A DNA stretch of 32,000 bases, taken from the NCBI RefSeq assembly GCF_045037445.1, contig NZ_CP173446.1. One strand, given 5' to 3'. Positions 1 to 10,249 of the stretch are shown piece by piece (within the stretch, counting starts at the first letter, position 1; each line of letters opens with the position of its first letter). The notes under the pieces were generated by a model. The model had not been told where the DNA came from. It searched no databases and saw only the letters and a list, made by a program, of their open reading frames with translations. Source of the DNA: Escherichia coli (GTDB taxonomy: Bacteria > Pseudomonadota > Gammaproteobacteria > Enterobacterales > Enterobacteriaceae). A program made the translations under genes and the position numbers.

Positions 1-3000
1 GGGGGATCGTTTACGTCGTCTGACCGCCGGTATTTGCCTGATAACACAAACTATTTTCCCTGTTATGGCTGCTGCCCCTACGCATATTAATCCTGCGCAC
101 TCGGATACTGCCGCGTCACTGATCCTGCCGAACGTTAAAACTATTCCATATACCCTGGGTGCGTTGGAATCGCCACCAACGGTCGCGGCACGCTTTGGTA
201 TCACCGTTGATGAATTACGTCGCCTGAATCAGTTCCGTACCTTTGCGCGGGGCTTTGACAATGTGCGTCAGGGCGATGAAATAGATGTGCCCCTCATTAA
301 CAGTAACAGCCCTGAAGCGCGCAACCTGAAAGCAATGCAGATGGAGCGCGACGGCAAAGATCCGCAAATGCAGGTCGCGGAAATGGCGCAGCAAAGCGGA
401 ACACTTTTAGCTCGCGATATGGACAGCGAACAGGCGGCGAGTATGGCGCGTGGCTGGGTGGCTTCTTCTGCATCTGCGCAGGCAACGGACTGGCTCAGCC
501 GTTGGGGAACTGCCCGGGTATCTCTTGGTGTGGATGAAGATTTCAGCCTTAAAAGCTCGTCATTTGAATTTCTCCATCCCTGGTACGAAACGCCGGATAA
601 CCTGGTCTTCAGCCAGCACACACTTCACCGTACGGATAATCGCACTCAAACCAACCACGGTATCGGCTGGCGTTATTTCACATCGAGCTGGATGTCTGGC
701 GTCAATATGTTTATCGATCATGACCTGACCCGCTATCACACCCGAACCGGGATGGGCGTTGAATACTGGCGCGATTACCTGAAACTGAGCGGCAACGGTT
801 ATCTGCGCCTCAGTAACTGGCGTAGTGCACCGGAACTCGACAATGACTATGAAGCACGTCCGGCGAACGGTTGGGATCTTCGCGCCGAAGGCTGGTTACC
901 GGCCTGGCCGCAGCTGGGCGGCAAGGTGGTCTATGAACAATATTATGGCGATGAAGTGGCGCTGTTTGGTAAAGACGAGCGTCAAAATGATCCTCACGCG
1001 ATTACCGCAGGTTTGAGTTATACCCCTGTTCCTCTGATCTCCTTTAGTGCCGAGCAACGGCAGGGCAAACAGGGAGAAAACGACACCCGAATTGGTATGG
1101 AGTTGACGTTGCAACCCGGCCATTCACTGCAAAAACAGCTCGATCCGGCTGAAGTTGCAGCACGACGTAGCCTTGTGGGCAGTCGCTATGACCTGGTCGA
1201 TCGTAATAACAATATTGTCCTCGAATATCGCAAGAAAGAGCTGGTGCGGCTGACGCTGACCGATCCGTTGAAAGGCAAGCCGGGTGAGGTTAAATCGCTG
1301 GTTTCTTCCTTACAAACCAAATATGCGCTGAAAGGTTATGACATTGAAGCCGCCTCCCTGCAATCAGCGGGCGGAAAAGTAGCTGTTTCCGGCAAGGATA
1401 TTCAGGTCACTATTCCTCCCTACCGATTCACGGCAATGCCTGAAACCGACAACACTTACCCGATAGCGGTTACAGCGGAAGATTCGAAAGGAAATTTCTC
1501 CCGGCGTGAAGAAAGTATGGTGGTCGTGGAAAAACCCACATTAAGCCTCGCCGGTTCAACGCTTTCTGTCGATCTGCAAATCCTGCTTGCTGATGGAAAA
1601 TCAACCTCAACGCTGACCTATACCGCGCGAGATTCCAGCGGCAAGCCAATCCCAGGTATGACGTTAAAAACACAGGTGAAAGGTTTGCAGGATTTCGCCT
1701 TAAGCGAATGGAAAGACAACGGTAACGGAACCTATACCCAAATAGTTACCGCCGGGAAGACGTCTGGCGCGTTATCGCTGATGCCGCAATTTAACGGCGA
1801 TGATATCGCTAAGACGCCAGCGCTGATTGCTATCGTGGCGAATACAGCATCCCGCGCTGACTCCACGATTGAGACAGACCAGGATAATTACGTCGCGGGT
1901 AAGCCGATAGTCGTTAAAGTGACCCTGAGAGATGATAACGGCAACGGGGTTACCGGACGAAAAGAACTTCTCAAACAAACCGTTAAAGTTGACAACACGA
2001 AGGCTGATGCCGTTAGTGCCTGGACGGAAGAAAGTGAGGGAATTTACAAAGCAAGCTATACGGCCCATCTCATTGGCGACAAATTAACGGCCCAGCTGAC
2101 GATGCCCGGCTGGCAAACCAAACATTCGGATGCGTTCAGTATTGCGGGTGATAAAGATACCGCCAAAATCGCTGCGATGCAGATCACCGCGAATAACGCA
2201 GTTGCCAGACGCGATCACAATACCGTCGCTGTGACGGTCAGGGATGTGCATCAAAATTTACTGCAGGGACAAAATGTTACCTTCACGGTCGTGAATGGTG
2301 CGGCGGTTTTTGCCGATCCAAATGGCGGTATTGTGACGACAGATAAAGACGGGATTGCCAGCGTTAACCTTGCCAGTGACCAGGCGGTAAACAGTCTTAT
2401 CAAGGCCGAGACCAATGGCAGTAGTCAGTCTGTGGAAGTGAGCTTTATTACTGGCGATATCTCGCAGCTGACCTCCACCATCAAGACAGACGATGTGTCA
2501 TACACCGCGGGTGGCAAGATAAAAGTGTCAGTTACCCTTATGGATGAGCAGAAAAACCTGGTGAAAGGGATGGCTTCGCTGCTGGCGGGTAGCAGTGTGG
2601 TCGAGGTGAGCGGTACAGATAAAAATGAAACGGGTAACTGGAGCGAAGAGTCTGATGGCGTTTACACCAGCACCCGAACCGCGAAGATTGCTGGCGATCG
2701 CCATTACGCCACGCTGAAACTATCGACATGGAGTAGCGCGCAGCAATCTGATGCGTATGCCATACGCGAAAGCGGAGCTGTGTTGGCTTATTCCTCCATC
2801 GTTACCGACAAAACGGCCTACACCGCAGGCGGTGCGATAAAAGTTACGGTAACACTCAAGGATAGCTATGAAAACCTGGTCGGGGGGCAACGAGACGCTA
2901 TCAACCAGGCTATCCAGCTGCCAAATACAAAAGCGGAAAGCATCGCCTGGAATGAAGATCAAAAAGGAATTTATACCGCAACGTATACCGCCTTACTCCC

Positions 3001-6000
3001 TGGCACCGGTTTAAAAGCACAGCTACAGATGTCCGGCTGGGCGAGCGCTCTGACTTCAAATGATTACAGTATTAGTGGCGATGCCGCCAGCGCACAAATT
3101 GTCGCGATGCAAGTGACAACGGGTAACCCGGATGTGCTGGCGAATGGCAGCGATCGACATACGGTGAATGTCCGGGTGGAAGATCAGTTTGGCAATGTGC
3201 TGCCGGAGCAGACCGTCACCTTTACGGTGACGAAGGGGGCGGCTGTATTTGCCAATGCAGGGCAGAGCGCAGATATCAGGACGGATGCGCATGGCATGGC
3301 AGAGGTTGATCTGAGCAGTACCGTAGCGGATGCCAGCACTGTTGAGGCTAAGATCAATCAAAGCAGCGATAGTAAAACGGTGAACTTTATTGCTGATGTT
3401 AGCACGGCGCAGGTCGCTGAGCTGGTGGTGACGCAGGACGGCTCAGTGGCTGATGGTTCGACGGCGAACATGCTGCGGGTGAGGGTGACCGATGTGTTCG
3501 GGAATGTACTTGCCGGCCAGACGGTCAGCGTGTTGGCGGACAACGGCGCAACGGTCGCTCCGACGGTGATTACAGAGCCGGACGGCACGGTGGAGATCTC
3601 AGTCACCAGCCAGACCGCCGGAACCAGTGCGGTCACCGCCAGCATCAACAACAGCAGCCAGAGCCGGAACGTGACGTTTATTGCGGATGTCAGCACGGCG
3701 CAGATCGCGGATCTGGTGGTCACCCGGGATAACTCGGTGGCTGACGGTGCAATGGCGAACACGCTGCGGGTGAGGGTGACCGATGCGTTCGGGAATGCGC
3801 TGAATGGGCAGACGGTCAGCGTGTTGGCGGATAACGGTGCAACGGTCACTCCGACGGTCACTACAGAGCCGGACGGCACGGTGGAGATCAGTATCACCAG
3901 CCAGACGGCGGGAGTCAGTGCAGTCACTGCAACCATCAACAGCAGTACTCAGAGTCAGAACGTGACATTTATCGCCGATGTCAGGACGGCGAAGATCGCG
4001 GATCTGGTGGTCATTAAGGACGACTCAGTGGCAGACGGTGCAATGGCGAACACGCTGCGGGCGAGGGTGACCGATGCATTCGGTAATACGTTGGGCGGGC
4101 AGACGGTCAGCGTGTTGGCGGATAACGGCGCAACGGTTGCCCCGACAGTCACTACGCAGCCGGACGGCACGGTGGAAATCAGTGTCACCAGTCAGACCGC
4201 CGGAACCAGTACAGTCACTGCCAGCATCAACAACAGCAGCCTGAGCCAGAACGTGACGTTTGTTGCCGATGTCAGGACGGCGAAGATCGCGAGTCTGGAG
4301 GTTACCCGGGATAACTCAGTGGCTGACGGCGCAATGGCGAACACGCTGCGGGTGAAGGTCACCGATGCGTTCGGGAATGCGCTGAATGGACAGACGGTCA
4401 GCGTGATGGCGGACAACGGCGCAACGGTTGCCCCGACGGTGATCACCGAGCCGGACGGCACGGTGGAAATCAGTGTCACCAGCCAGACGGCGGGAGTCAG
4501 TGCAGTCACTGCAACCATCAACAGCAGTAGTCAGAGTCAGAACGTGACATTTATCGCCGATGTCAGCACGGCGAAGATCGCTGATCTGGTGGTCATTAAG
4601 GATGGTTCAGAGGCGGACGGTTCGACGGCGAACACGCTGCGGGCGAGGGTGACCGATGCATTCGGTAATACGTTGGGCGGGCAGACGGTCAGCGTGTTGG
4701 CGGATAACGGCGCAACGGTTGCCCCGACAGTCACTACGCAGCCGGACGGCACGGTGGAAATCAGTGTCACCAGTCAGACCGCCGGAACCAGTACAGTCAC
4801 TGCCAGCATCAACAACAGCAGCCTGAGCCAGAACGTGACGTTTGTCGCCGATGTCAGCACGGCGAAGATCGCTGATCTGGTGGTCATTAAGGATGGTTCA
4901 GAGGCAGACGGTTCGACGGCGAACACGCTGCAGGTGAAGGTGACCGATGCGTTCGGGAATGCACTTGCCGGACAGACGGTCAGCGTGATGGCAGGCAACG
5001 GCGCAACGGTTGCCCCGACGGTGATTACAGAGCCGGACGGCACGGTGGAGATCTCTGTCACCAGCCAGACGGCAGGAACCAGTACAGTCACCGCCAGCAT
5101 CAACAACAGCAGCCAGAGCCGGGATGTGACGTTTATCGCCGATGTCAGGACGGCGCAGATCGCGAGTCTGGAGGTGACGCAGGATAACGCCGTGGCTGAC
5201 GGCGCAATGGCGAACACGCTGCGGGCGAGGGTGACCGATGCGTTCGGTAATGCGCTTGCCGGACAGACGGTCAGCGTGATGGCAGGCAACGGTGCCACGA
5301 CTGCTCCGACGGTCACCACGCAGCCGGACGGCACGGTGGAGATCTCTGTCACCAGCCAGACGGCGGGGATCAGTACAGTCACTGCAACCATCAACAACAG
5401 CACCCTGAGTCAGAACGTGACATTTATCGCCGATGTCAGGACGGCGAAGATAGCGGATCTGGTGGTTATTAAGGATGGTTCAGAGGCGGACGGTTCGACG
5501 GCGAACACGCTGCGGGTGAAGGTCACCGATGCGTTCGGTAATACGCTTGCCGGGCAGACGGTGAGCGTGTTGGGAGGCAACGGCGCAACGACTGCCCCGA
5601 CGGTCATCACAGGGCCAGACGGGACGGTGGAGAGCAGTGTCACCAGCCAGACGGCGGGGATCAGTACAGTCACTGCAACCATCAACAACAGCAGCCTGAG
5701 CAGGAACGTGACATTTATCGCCGATGTCAGGACGGCGCAGATCGCGAGTCTGGAGGTGACGCAGGATAACGCCGTGGCTGACGGCGCAATGGCGAACACA
5801 CTGCGGGTGAAGGTCACCGATGCGTTCGGTAATGTGCTGGCCGGGCAGATGGTCAGCGTGACGGCAGGCAACAGCGCAACGGTTGCTTCGACGGTCACCA
5901 CGCATCCGGACGGCACGGTGGAGATCTCTGTCACCAGTCAGACGGCGGGTACCAGTACAGTCACCGCCAGCATCAACAGCAGCAGCCAGAGCCAGAGCGT

Positions 6001-9000
6001 GAAGTTTATTGCCGATGTCAGCACGGCGCAGATTGCGGTGCTGGAAGTGACGCAGGATAACTCAGTGGCAGACGGTTCGACGGCGAACACGCTGCTGGTG
6101 AGGGTGACCGATGCGTTCGGTAATACGCTTGCCGGGCAGACGGTCAGCGTGACGGCAGGCAACGGTGCAACGGTTGCCCCGACGGTGATTACAGAGCCGG
6201 ACGGCACGGTGGAGATCTCTGTCACCAGCCAGACCGCCGGAATCAGTGCGGTCACTGCCAGCATTAACAGCAGCAGCCAGAGCCGGAACGTCACGTTTAT
6301 CGCCGATGTCAGGACGGCGCAGATCGCGGACCTGGCGGTTATTAAGGACGGCTCAGTGGCGGACGGTTCGACGGCGAACACGCTGCGTGCGAGGGTAACC
6401 GATGCATTTGGTAATGCGCTTGCCGGGCAGACGGTGAGCGTGTTGGCGGACAACGGCGCAACGGTGTCTCCGACGGTCATCACAGGGCCGGACGGTACGG
6501 TGGAGATCTCTGTCACCAGCCAGACGGCGGGAATCAGTGCGGTCACCGTCAGCATCAACAACAGCACCCTGAGCCAGAACGTGACATTTATCGCTGATGT
6601 CAGGACGGCGAAGATAGCGGAGCTGGTCGTTAGCCAGGATAACGCGGTGGCAGACGGTGCGACGGCGAACACGCTGCGGGTGAGGGTGACCGACGCGTTC
6701 GGTAATGCGCTTGCCGGGCAGACGGTCAGCGTGTTGGCAGGCAACGGTGCCACGACTGCTCCGACGGTCACCACACAGCCGGACGGCACGGTGGAGATCT
6801 CTGTCACCAGCCAGATGGCGGGCACCAGTGCGGTCACCGCCAGCATTAACAGCAGCAGTCAGAGCGGGGATGTCACATTTATCGCCGATGCCAGCACGGC
6901 GCAGATCGCGGACCTGGTGGTCATTAAGGATGGTTCAGAGGCGGACGGTTCGACGGCGAACACGCTGCGGGCGAGGGTGACCGATGCGTTCGGTAATGCG
7001 CTTGCCGGACAGACGGTCAGCGTGACGGCAGACAACGGTGCAACGTTGTCTCCGACGGTCATCACAGGGCCGGACGGCACGGTGGAGATCAGTGTCACCA
7101 GCCAGACGGCGGGAGCCAGTACAGTCACTGCCAGCATCAACAGCAGCAGCCAGAGCCGGAACGTCACGTTTATCGCCGATGTCAGGACGGCGCAGATCGC
7201 GAGTCTGGAGGTGAGGCAGGATAACTCAGTGGCAGACGGCGCAATGGCGAACACGCTGCGGGTGAAGGTCACCGATGCGTTCGGCAATGCGCTTGCCGGA
7301 CAGACGGTCAGCGTGATGGCAGGCAACGGTGCAACGGTTGCTCCGACGGTGATTACAGAGCCGGACGGCACGGTGGAGATCAGTGTCACCAGCCAGACGG
7401 CGGGGATCAGTACAGTCACCGCAACCATCAACAGCAGCAGTCAGAGCCGGGATGTGACATTTATCGCCGATGTCAGGACGGCGCAGATCGCGGATCTGGT
7501 GGTCATTAAGGATGGTTCAGAGGCGGACGGTTCGACGGCGAACACGCTGCGGGCGAGGGTGACCGATGCGTTCGGTAATACGCTTGCCGGGCAGACGGTG
7601 AGCGTGTTGGGAGGCAACGGCGCAACGACTGCCCCGACGGTCATCACAGGGCCAGACGGGACGGTGGAGATCAGTGTCACCAGCCAGACGGCAGGAATCA
7701 GTGTGGTCACCGCCAGCATCAACAGCAGCAGCCAGAGCCGGGATGTGACGTTTATCGCCGATGTCAGAACGGCGCAGATCGCGGATCTGGTGGTCATTAA
7801 GGACGGCTCAGTGGCTGACGGCGCGACGGCGAATACGCTGCAGGTGAAGGTCACTGATGCTAACGGTAATGCGCTTGCCGGGCAGACGGTCAGCGTGATG
7901 GCAGGCAACGGCGCAACGACTGCCCCGACGGTGACCACTCAGCCGGATGGCACGGTGGAAATCTCTGTCACCAGCCAGACCGCCGGAACCAGTGTGGTCA
8001 CCGCCAGCATCAACAACAGCAGCCAGAGCCAGAACGTCACCTTTGTACCGGGTGATGCATCGCAGCTCACTTCAACCGTTGAAACAAATAAGTCGAACTA
8101 TACGGTTGGAGAGACAATCACCATCACGGTAACGCTCCGGGATGCGTTCGATAATCTGGTAACCGGTGCAGCTTCACAGTTAGCCGCTAATGGTGTGCTG
8201 ACGGTGGCTGGCACCGACCCGTCAGAAACGGGAAGCTGGGTTGAATCAGGTGGCGTGTATACCACAACCCGAATGGCGACGATTGCCAGTACCAATCAGC
8301 ACGCCAACCTGCAATTGCAGTCGTGGAGTGATGGCGTAACGTCAGATCGCTATGACATACAGTCCGGTTCTCCGGCGCAAGCCACATCAACTATCGCCAC
8401 GGATAAAAACGCATACACCGCTGGCGAGACCATAACCGTCGCCGTGACGCTGAAAGACGCGCACGGTAACCTGGTTGAAGGGGGCGAGTCCTTACTGTCT
8501 GGTGATAACGTAATAGTGGAAGGAGCCGTACGTTCAGGAGGATGGTCTGAAAACGCCGGTGTTTATACTGCTACATGGTCGGCGCAAATGGCGGGAGACT
8601 CTCACCACGCGACGCTGAAGTTGTCTGAGTGGGGCAGCAGTAAACAATCAGAGAGTTATTCCATCCACAGCGGTGCTCCGGTGCAGGCAAATTCTGCTAT
8701 CAGGACAGATAAATCGGCATATATCGCCGGGGAGCCATTAACCGTCACAGTAACGTTACGGGATGAGTTTGGTAACCCTGCTTTCGGGCTGACATCAGAA
8801 GTCATCGAGTCTTATATTGATAGTTTCGCGGTAGGCGGCGCAACTCCCGATTCTATGCAGTGGGTCGAGCAGAATAATGGTGAATATACCATTGTCTGGA
8901 CAGCATGGGGTGCCGAGGAAAATCTGGTTGCCAGTCTGAAATTAAAAACATGGGCAGCGGAGATTAAGTCCTCATTATATGGAATACAACCAGGTGCAGC

Positions 9001-10198
9001 GGCAAAAACTCAATCAACGATTGTCGCGGACAAAACGATATATATCGCTGGGGATAGCATAACGGTGACCGTTGTTCTTAAAGATGCCCAGGGTAACTTT
9101 ATTACTGATGGTGTTGTTCAGCTTAATGAGGAAAACGTACAAGTCAGGAATGCGGATCCTATCCAGGGCAATAATTGGGTTTACAACGGCAATGGGCAAT
9201 ATCAAAGACAGTATATGGCACATTTTGCGGAAGCGAATTTGAATGCGCAACTGAAGATGGCTGGTTGGAGCGATGCCAATTATTCAAACAATTATACTAT
9301 CAAACCAGGTGAAGTGAGTCCGCTTGGTTCACAGCTTCGTATACGAGAAGTTTTAGTAGTGGAAGGGGCGGATTTACCTGTCAGTGCTTTATTAGTTGAT
9401 GATTTTGGAAATCCGGTGGATAACGGTCTGGATTTGCTGGATGATGCAGTGTACTTACAAAATGTAGAAAAGAAAGAAGGGGAAAAATGGAGATATGTGG
9501 GTGATGGCATATATGAACGTACATATATGGCCTACCAAGAAGGAGAAAATTTAACTTCATTTATGGAGATTAAAGGTTGGCGTATATACGGGCAACCATC
9601 CTATAACATCCTTCCTTTTGTGGAAGTCGAGTCGCTGAGTGTTAATGGTGTAAAATTCAGGGCGACAGATGGTTTTCCAGAAACAGGGTTTGATGGTGCA
9701 AAATTCACGCTGTTACTAACCCATAATATGAAAAATACGGATTATAATTGGACGGCTGGGATTTATGGAATTAATGTTGATAGTAATGGAGAAGTAACAT
9801 TATCTGTGCTGATAAGAAGTGAAGTTACTATTACTGGGAAACCCAAGAATGGTAAAGGGAATGATGTTGTATTTAAATTCAAGATTAAAAAATGGTTTAC
9901 TAGTTTAGGTGCTAGCAGTAGTAATACCTGGGATATCATAAATACTTCATGTAGCTATGGTCAAATGCCGTCATCTTTAGAATTAGCGCAGCGGCCAAGC
10001 GGTGGGGTAGTACCGCGAAAAGTAGGTACGTTGTGGGGCGAATATGGTAATTTAAAAACGTATGGGAACGCTTTTAGCAGTACGGATTATTGGACAAGTA
10101 CTCAGCTCATGGGAGTACACGAGAAATTTAATCCTGAAACTGGTATATCAGAGCTTGGGACAGGAAAGTCTTCTGGCTTGTGCGTAGAGTATTATTAA
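1..10198 (+). CDS. air: Giant intimin/invasin-like (inverse autotransporter) adhesin, Air/YeeJ-like, 5' end outside window
   Basis: The frame is open from the left edge. Codons upstream of the ATG at 65 encode ...LRRLTAGICLITQTIFPVMAAAPTH, which looks like a YeeJ/intimin-type signal peptide, so ATG 65 is not the real start. Next come a LysM-like motif (VPYTLGALES..VAARFGITVDELRRLNQF-type), the inverse-autotransporter barrel (TARVSLGVDEDFSLKSSSFEFLHPWYETPDNLVFSQHTLHRTD), many bacterial Ig-like repeats, and a lectin-like C-terminus (KKWFTSLG...SSTDYWTSTQ..GLCVEYY). The symbol is assigned from the neighbouring eilA/eip genes. Confidence 0.9.
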   Translation, partial: GDRLRRLTAGICLITQTIFPVMAAAPTHINPAHSDTAASLILPNVKTIPYTLGALESPPTVAARFGITVDELRRLNQFRTFARGFDNVRQGDEIDVPLINSNSPEARNLKAMQMERDGKDPQMQVAEMAQQSGTLLARDMDSEQAASMARGWVASSASAQATDWLSRWGTARVSLGVDEDFSLKSSSFEFLHPWYETPDNLVFSQHTLHRTDNRTQTNHGIGWRYFTSSWMSGVNMFIDHDLTRYHTRTGMGVEYWRDYLKLSGNGYLRLSNWRSAPELDNDYEARPANGWDLRAEGWLPAWPQLGGKVVYEQYYGDEVALFGKDERQNDPHAITAGLSYTPVPLISFSAEQRQGKQGENDTRIGMELTLQPGHSLQKQLDPAEVAARRSLVGSRYDLVDRNNNIVLEYRKKELVRLTLTDPLKGKPGEVKSLVSSLQTKYALKGYDIEAASLQSAGGKVAVSGKDIQVTIPPYRFTAMPETDNTYPIAVTAEDSKGNFSRREESMVVVEKPTLSLAGSTLSVDLQILLADGKSTSTLTYTARDSSGKPIPGMTLKTQVKGLQDFALSEWKDNGNGTYTQIVTAGKTSGALSLMPQFNGDDIAKTPALIAIVANTASRADSTIETDQDNYVAGKPIVVKVTLRDDNGNGVTGRKELLKQTVKVDNTKADAVSAWTEESEGIYKASYTAHLIGDKLTAQLTMPGWQTKHSDAFSIAGDKDTAKIAAMQITANNAVARRDHNTVAVTVRDVHQNLLQGQNVTFTVVNGAAVFADPNGGIVTTDKDGIASVNLASDQAVNSLIKAETNGSSQSVEVSFITGDISQLTSTIKTDDVSYTAGGKIKVSVTLMDEQKNLVKGMASLLAGSSVVEVSGTDKNETGNWSEESDGVYTSTRTAKIAGDRHYATLKLSTWSSAQQSDAYAIRESGAVLAYSSIVTDKTAYTAGGAIKVTVTLKDSYENLVGGQRDAINQAIQLPNTKAESIAWNEDQKGIYTATYTALLPGTGLKAQLQMSGWASALTSNDYSISGDAASAQIVAMQVTTGNPDVLANGSDRHTVNVRVEDQFGNVLPEQTVTFTVTKGAAVFANAGQSADIRTDAHGMAEVDLSSTVADASTVEAKINQSSDSKTVNFIADVSTAQVAELVVTQDGSVADGSTANMLRVRVTDVFGNVLAGQTVSVLADNGATVAPTVITEPDGTVEISVTSQTAGTSAVTASINNSSQSRNVTFIADVSTAQIADLVVTRDNSVADGAMANTLRVRVTDAFGNALNGQTVSVLADNGATVTPTVTTEPDGTVEISITSQTAGVSAVTATINSSTQSQNVTFIADVRTAKIADLVVIKDDSVADGAMANTLRARVTDAFGNTLGGQTVSVLADNGATVAPTVTTQPDGTVEISVTSQTAGTSTVTASINNSSLSQNVTFVADVRTAKIASLEVTRDNSVADGAMANTLRVKVTDAFGNALNGQTVSVMADNGATVAPTVITEPDGTVEISVTSQTAGVSAVTATINSSSQSQNVTFIADVSTAKIADLVVIKDGSEADGSTANTLRARVTDAFGNTLGGQTVSVLADNGATVAPTVTTQPDGTVEISVTSQTAGTSTVTASINNSSLSQNVTFVADVSTAKIADLVVIKDGSEADGSTANTLQVKVTDAFGNALAGQTVSVMAGNGATVAPTVITEPDGTVEISVTSQTAGTSTVTASINNSSQSRDVTFIADVRTAQIASLEVTQDNAVADGAMANTLRARVTDAFGNALAGQTVSVMAGNGATTAPTVTTQPDGTVEISVTSQTAGISTVTATINNSTLSQNVTFIADVRTAKIADLVVIKDGSEADGSTANTLRVKVTDAFGNTLAGQTVSVLGGNGATTAPTVITGPDGTVESSVTSQTAGISTVTATINNSSLSRNVTFIADVRTAQIASLEVTQDNAVADGAMANTLRVKVTDAFGNVLAGQMVSVTAGNSATVASTVTTHPDGTVEISVTSQTAGTSTVTASINSSSQSQSVKFIADVSTAQIAVLEVTQDNSVADGSTANTLLVRVTDAFGNTLAGQTVSVTAGNGATVAPTVITEPDGTVEISVTSQTAGISAVTASINSSSQSRNVTFIADVRTAQIADLAVIKDGSVADGSTANTLRARVTDAFGNALAGQTVSVLADNGATVSPTVITGPDGTVEISVTSQTAGISAVTVSINNSTLSQNVTFIADVRTAKIAELVVSQDNAVADGATANTLRVRVTDAFGNALAGQTVSVLAGNGATTAPTVTTQPDGTVEISVTSQMAGTSAVTASINSSSQSGDVTFIADASTAQIADLVVIKDGSEADGSTANTLRARVTDAFGNALAGQTVSVTADNGATLSPTVITGPDGTVEISVTSQTAGASTVTASINSSSQSRNVTFIADVRTAQIASLEVRQDNSVADGAMANTLRVKVTDAFGNALAGQTVSVMAGNGATVAPTVITEPDGTVEISVTSQTAGISTVTATINSSSQSRDVTFIADVRTAQIADLVVIKDGSEADGSTANTLRARVTDAFGNTLAGQTVSVLGGNGATTAPTVITGPDGTVEISVTSQTAGISVVTASINSSSQSRDVTFIADVRTAQIADLVVIKDGSVADGATANTLQVKVTDANGNALAGQTVSVMAGNGATTAPTVTTQPDGTVEISVTSQTAGTSVVTASINNSSQSQNVTFVPGDASQLTSTVETNKSNYTVGETITITVTLRDAFDNLVTGAASQLAANGVLTVAGTDPSETGSWVESGGVYTTTRMATIASTNQHANLQLQSWSDGVTSDRYDIQSGSPAQATSTIATDKNAYTAGETITVAVTLKDAHGNLVEGGESLLSGDNVIVEGAVRSGGWSENAGVYTATWSAQMAGDSHHATLKLSEWGSSKQSESYSIHSGAPVQANSAIRTDKSAYIAGEPLTVTVTLRDEFGNPAFGLTSEVIESYIDSFAVGGATPDSMQWVEQNNGEYTIVWTAWGAEENLVASLKLKTWAAEIKSSLYGIQPGAAAKTQSTIVADKTIYIAGDSITVTVVLKDAQGNFITDGVVQLNEENVQVRNADPIQGNNWVYNGNGQYQRQYMAHFAEANLNAQLKMAGWSDANYSNNYTIKPGEVSPLGSQLRIREVLVVEGADLPVSALLVDDFGNPVDNGLDLLDDAVYLQNVEKKEGEKWRYVGDGIYERTYMAYQEGENLTSFMEIKGWRIYGQPSYNILPFVEVESLSVNGVKFRATDGFPETGFDGAKFTLLLTHNMKNTDYNWTAGIYGINVDSNGEVTLSVLIRSEVTITGKPKNGKGNDVVFKFKIKKWFTSLGASSSNTWDIINTSCSYGQMPSSLELAQRPSGGVVPRKVGTLWGEYGNLKTYGNAFSSTDYWTSTQLMGVHEKFNPETGISELGTGKSSGLCVEYY
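3386..8041 (+). repeat. Sixteen consecutive 291-bp (97-aa) Big-1-type repeats within the adhesin gene
   Basis: The repeated F(I/V)AD(V/A) phenylalanine codons were located at 3386, 3677, 3968, 4259, 4550, 4841, 5132 and 5423, and the phase is retained at 8042 (FVPGD). 8042-3386=4656=16x291. Consensus: FIADVRTAQIADLVVIKDGSEADGSTANTLRARVTDAFGNALAGQTVSVLADNGATVAPTVITEPDGTVEISVTSQTAGISTVTASINSSSQSRNVT. Confidence 0.95.
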
Positions 10199-10213
10199 CG
10201 AAGTAATCACTAG

Positions 10214-10237
10214 ATTGCCCTGCTTCAGCAGGGCAAT
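10214..10237. terminator. Hairpin between the convergent adhesin gene and eilA, likely bidirectional terminator
   Basis: Perfect 10-bp stem ATTGCCCTGC-TTCA-GCAGGGCAAT, followed by a short T-rich stretch, between stop codons near 10198 and 10250. Confidence 0.7.
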
Positions 10238-10249
10238 TTATATTCGTTA

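Noticed and set aside
65-67. ATG at 65 as the adhesin start
   Set aside because: In-frame codons upstream encode a signal-peptide-like LRRLTAGICLITQTIFPV sequence homologous to YeeJ-type proteins, so the true start is left of the window.
3358-7938. Series of long minus-strand ORFs (up to 302 aa) opposite the adhesin repeats, e.g. 5938..6846 and 4774..5403
   Set aside because: They recur with the 291-bp repeats and are antisense shadows of a stop-poor GC-rich coding frame. Their translations (TVCPASALPNASVTL...) are low-complexity reflections with no recognisable family, and the plus-strand frame is clearly the gene.
3386-8041. Repeats as a CRISPR or mobile-element array
   Set aside because: The units are 291 bp, contiguous, without spacers, and encode in-frame Ig-like domains.
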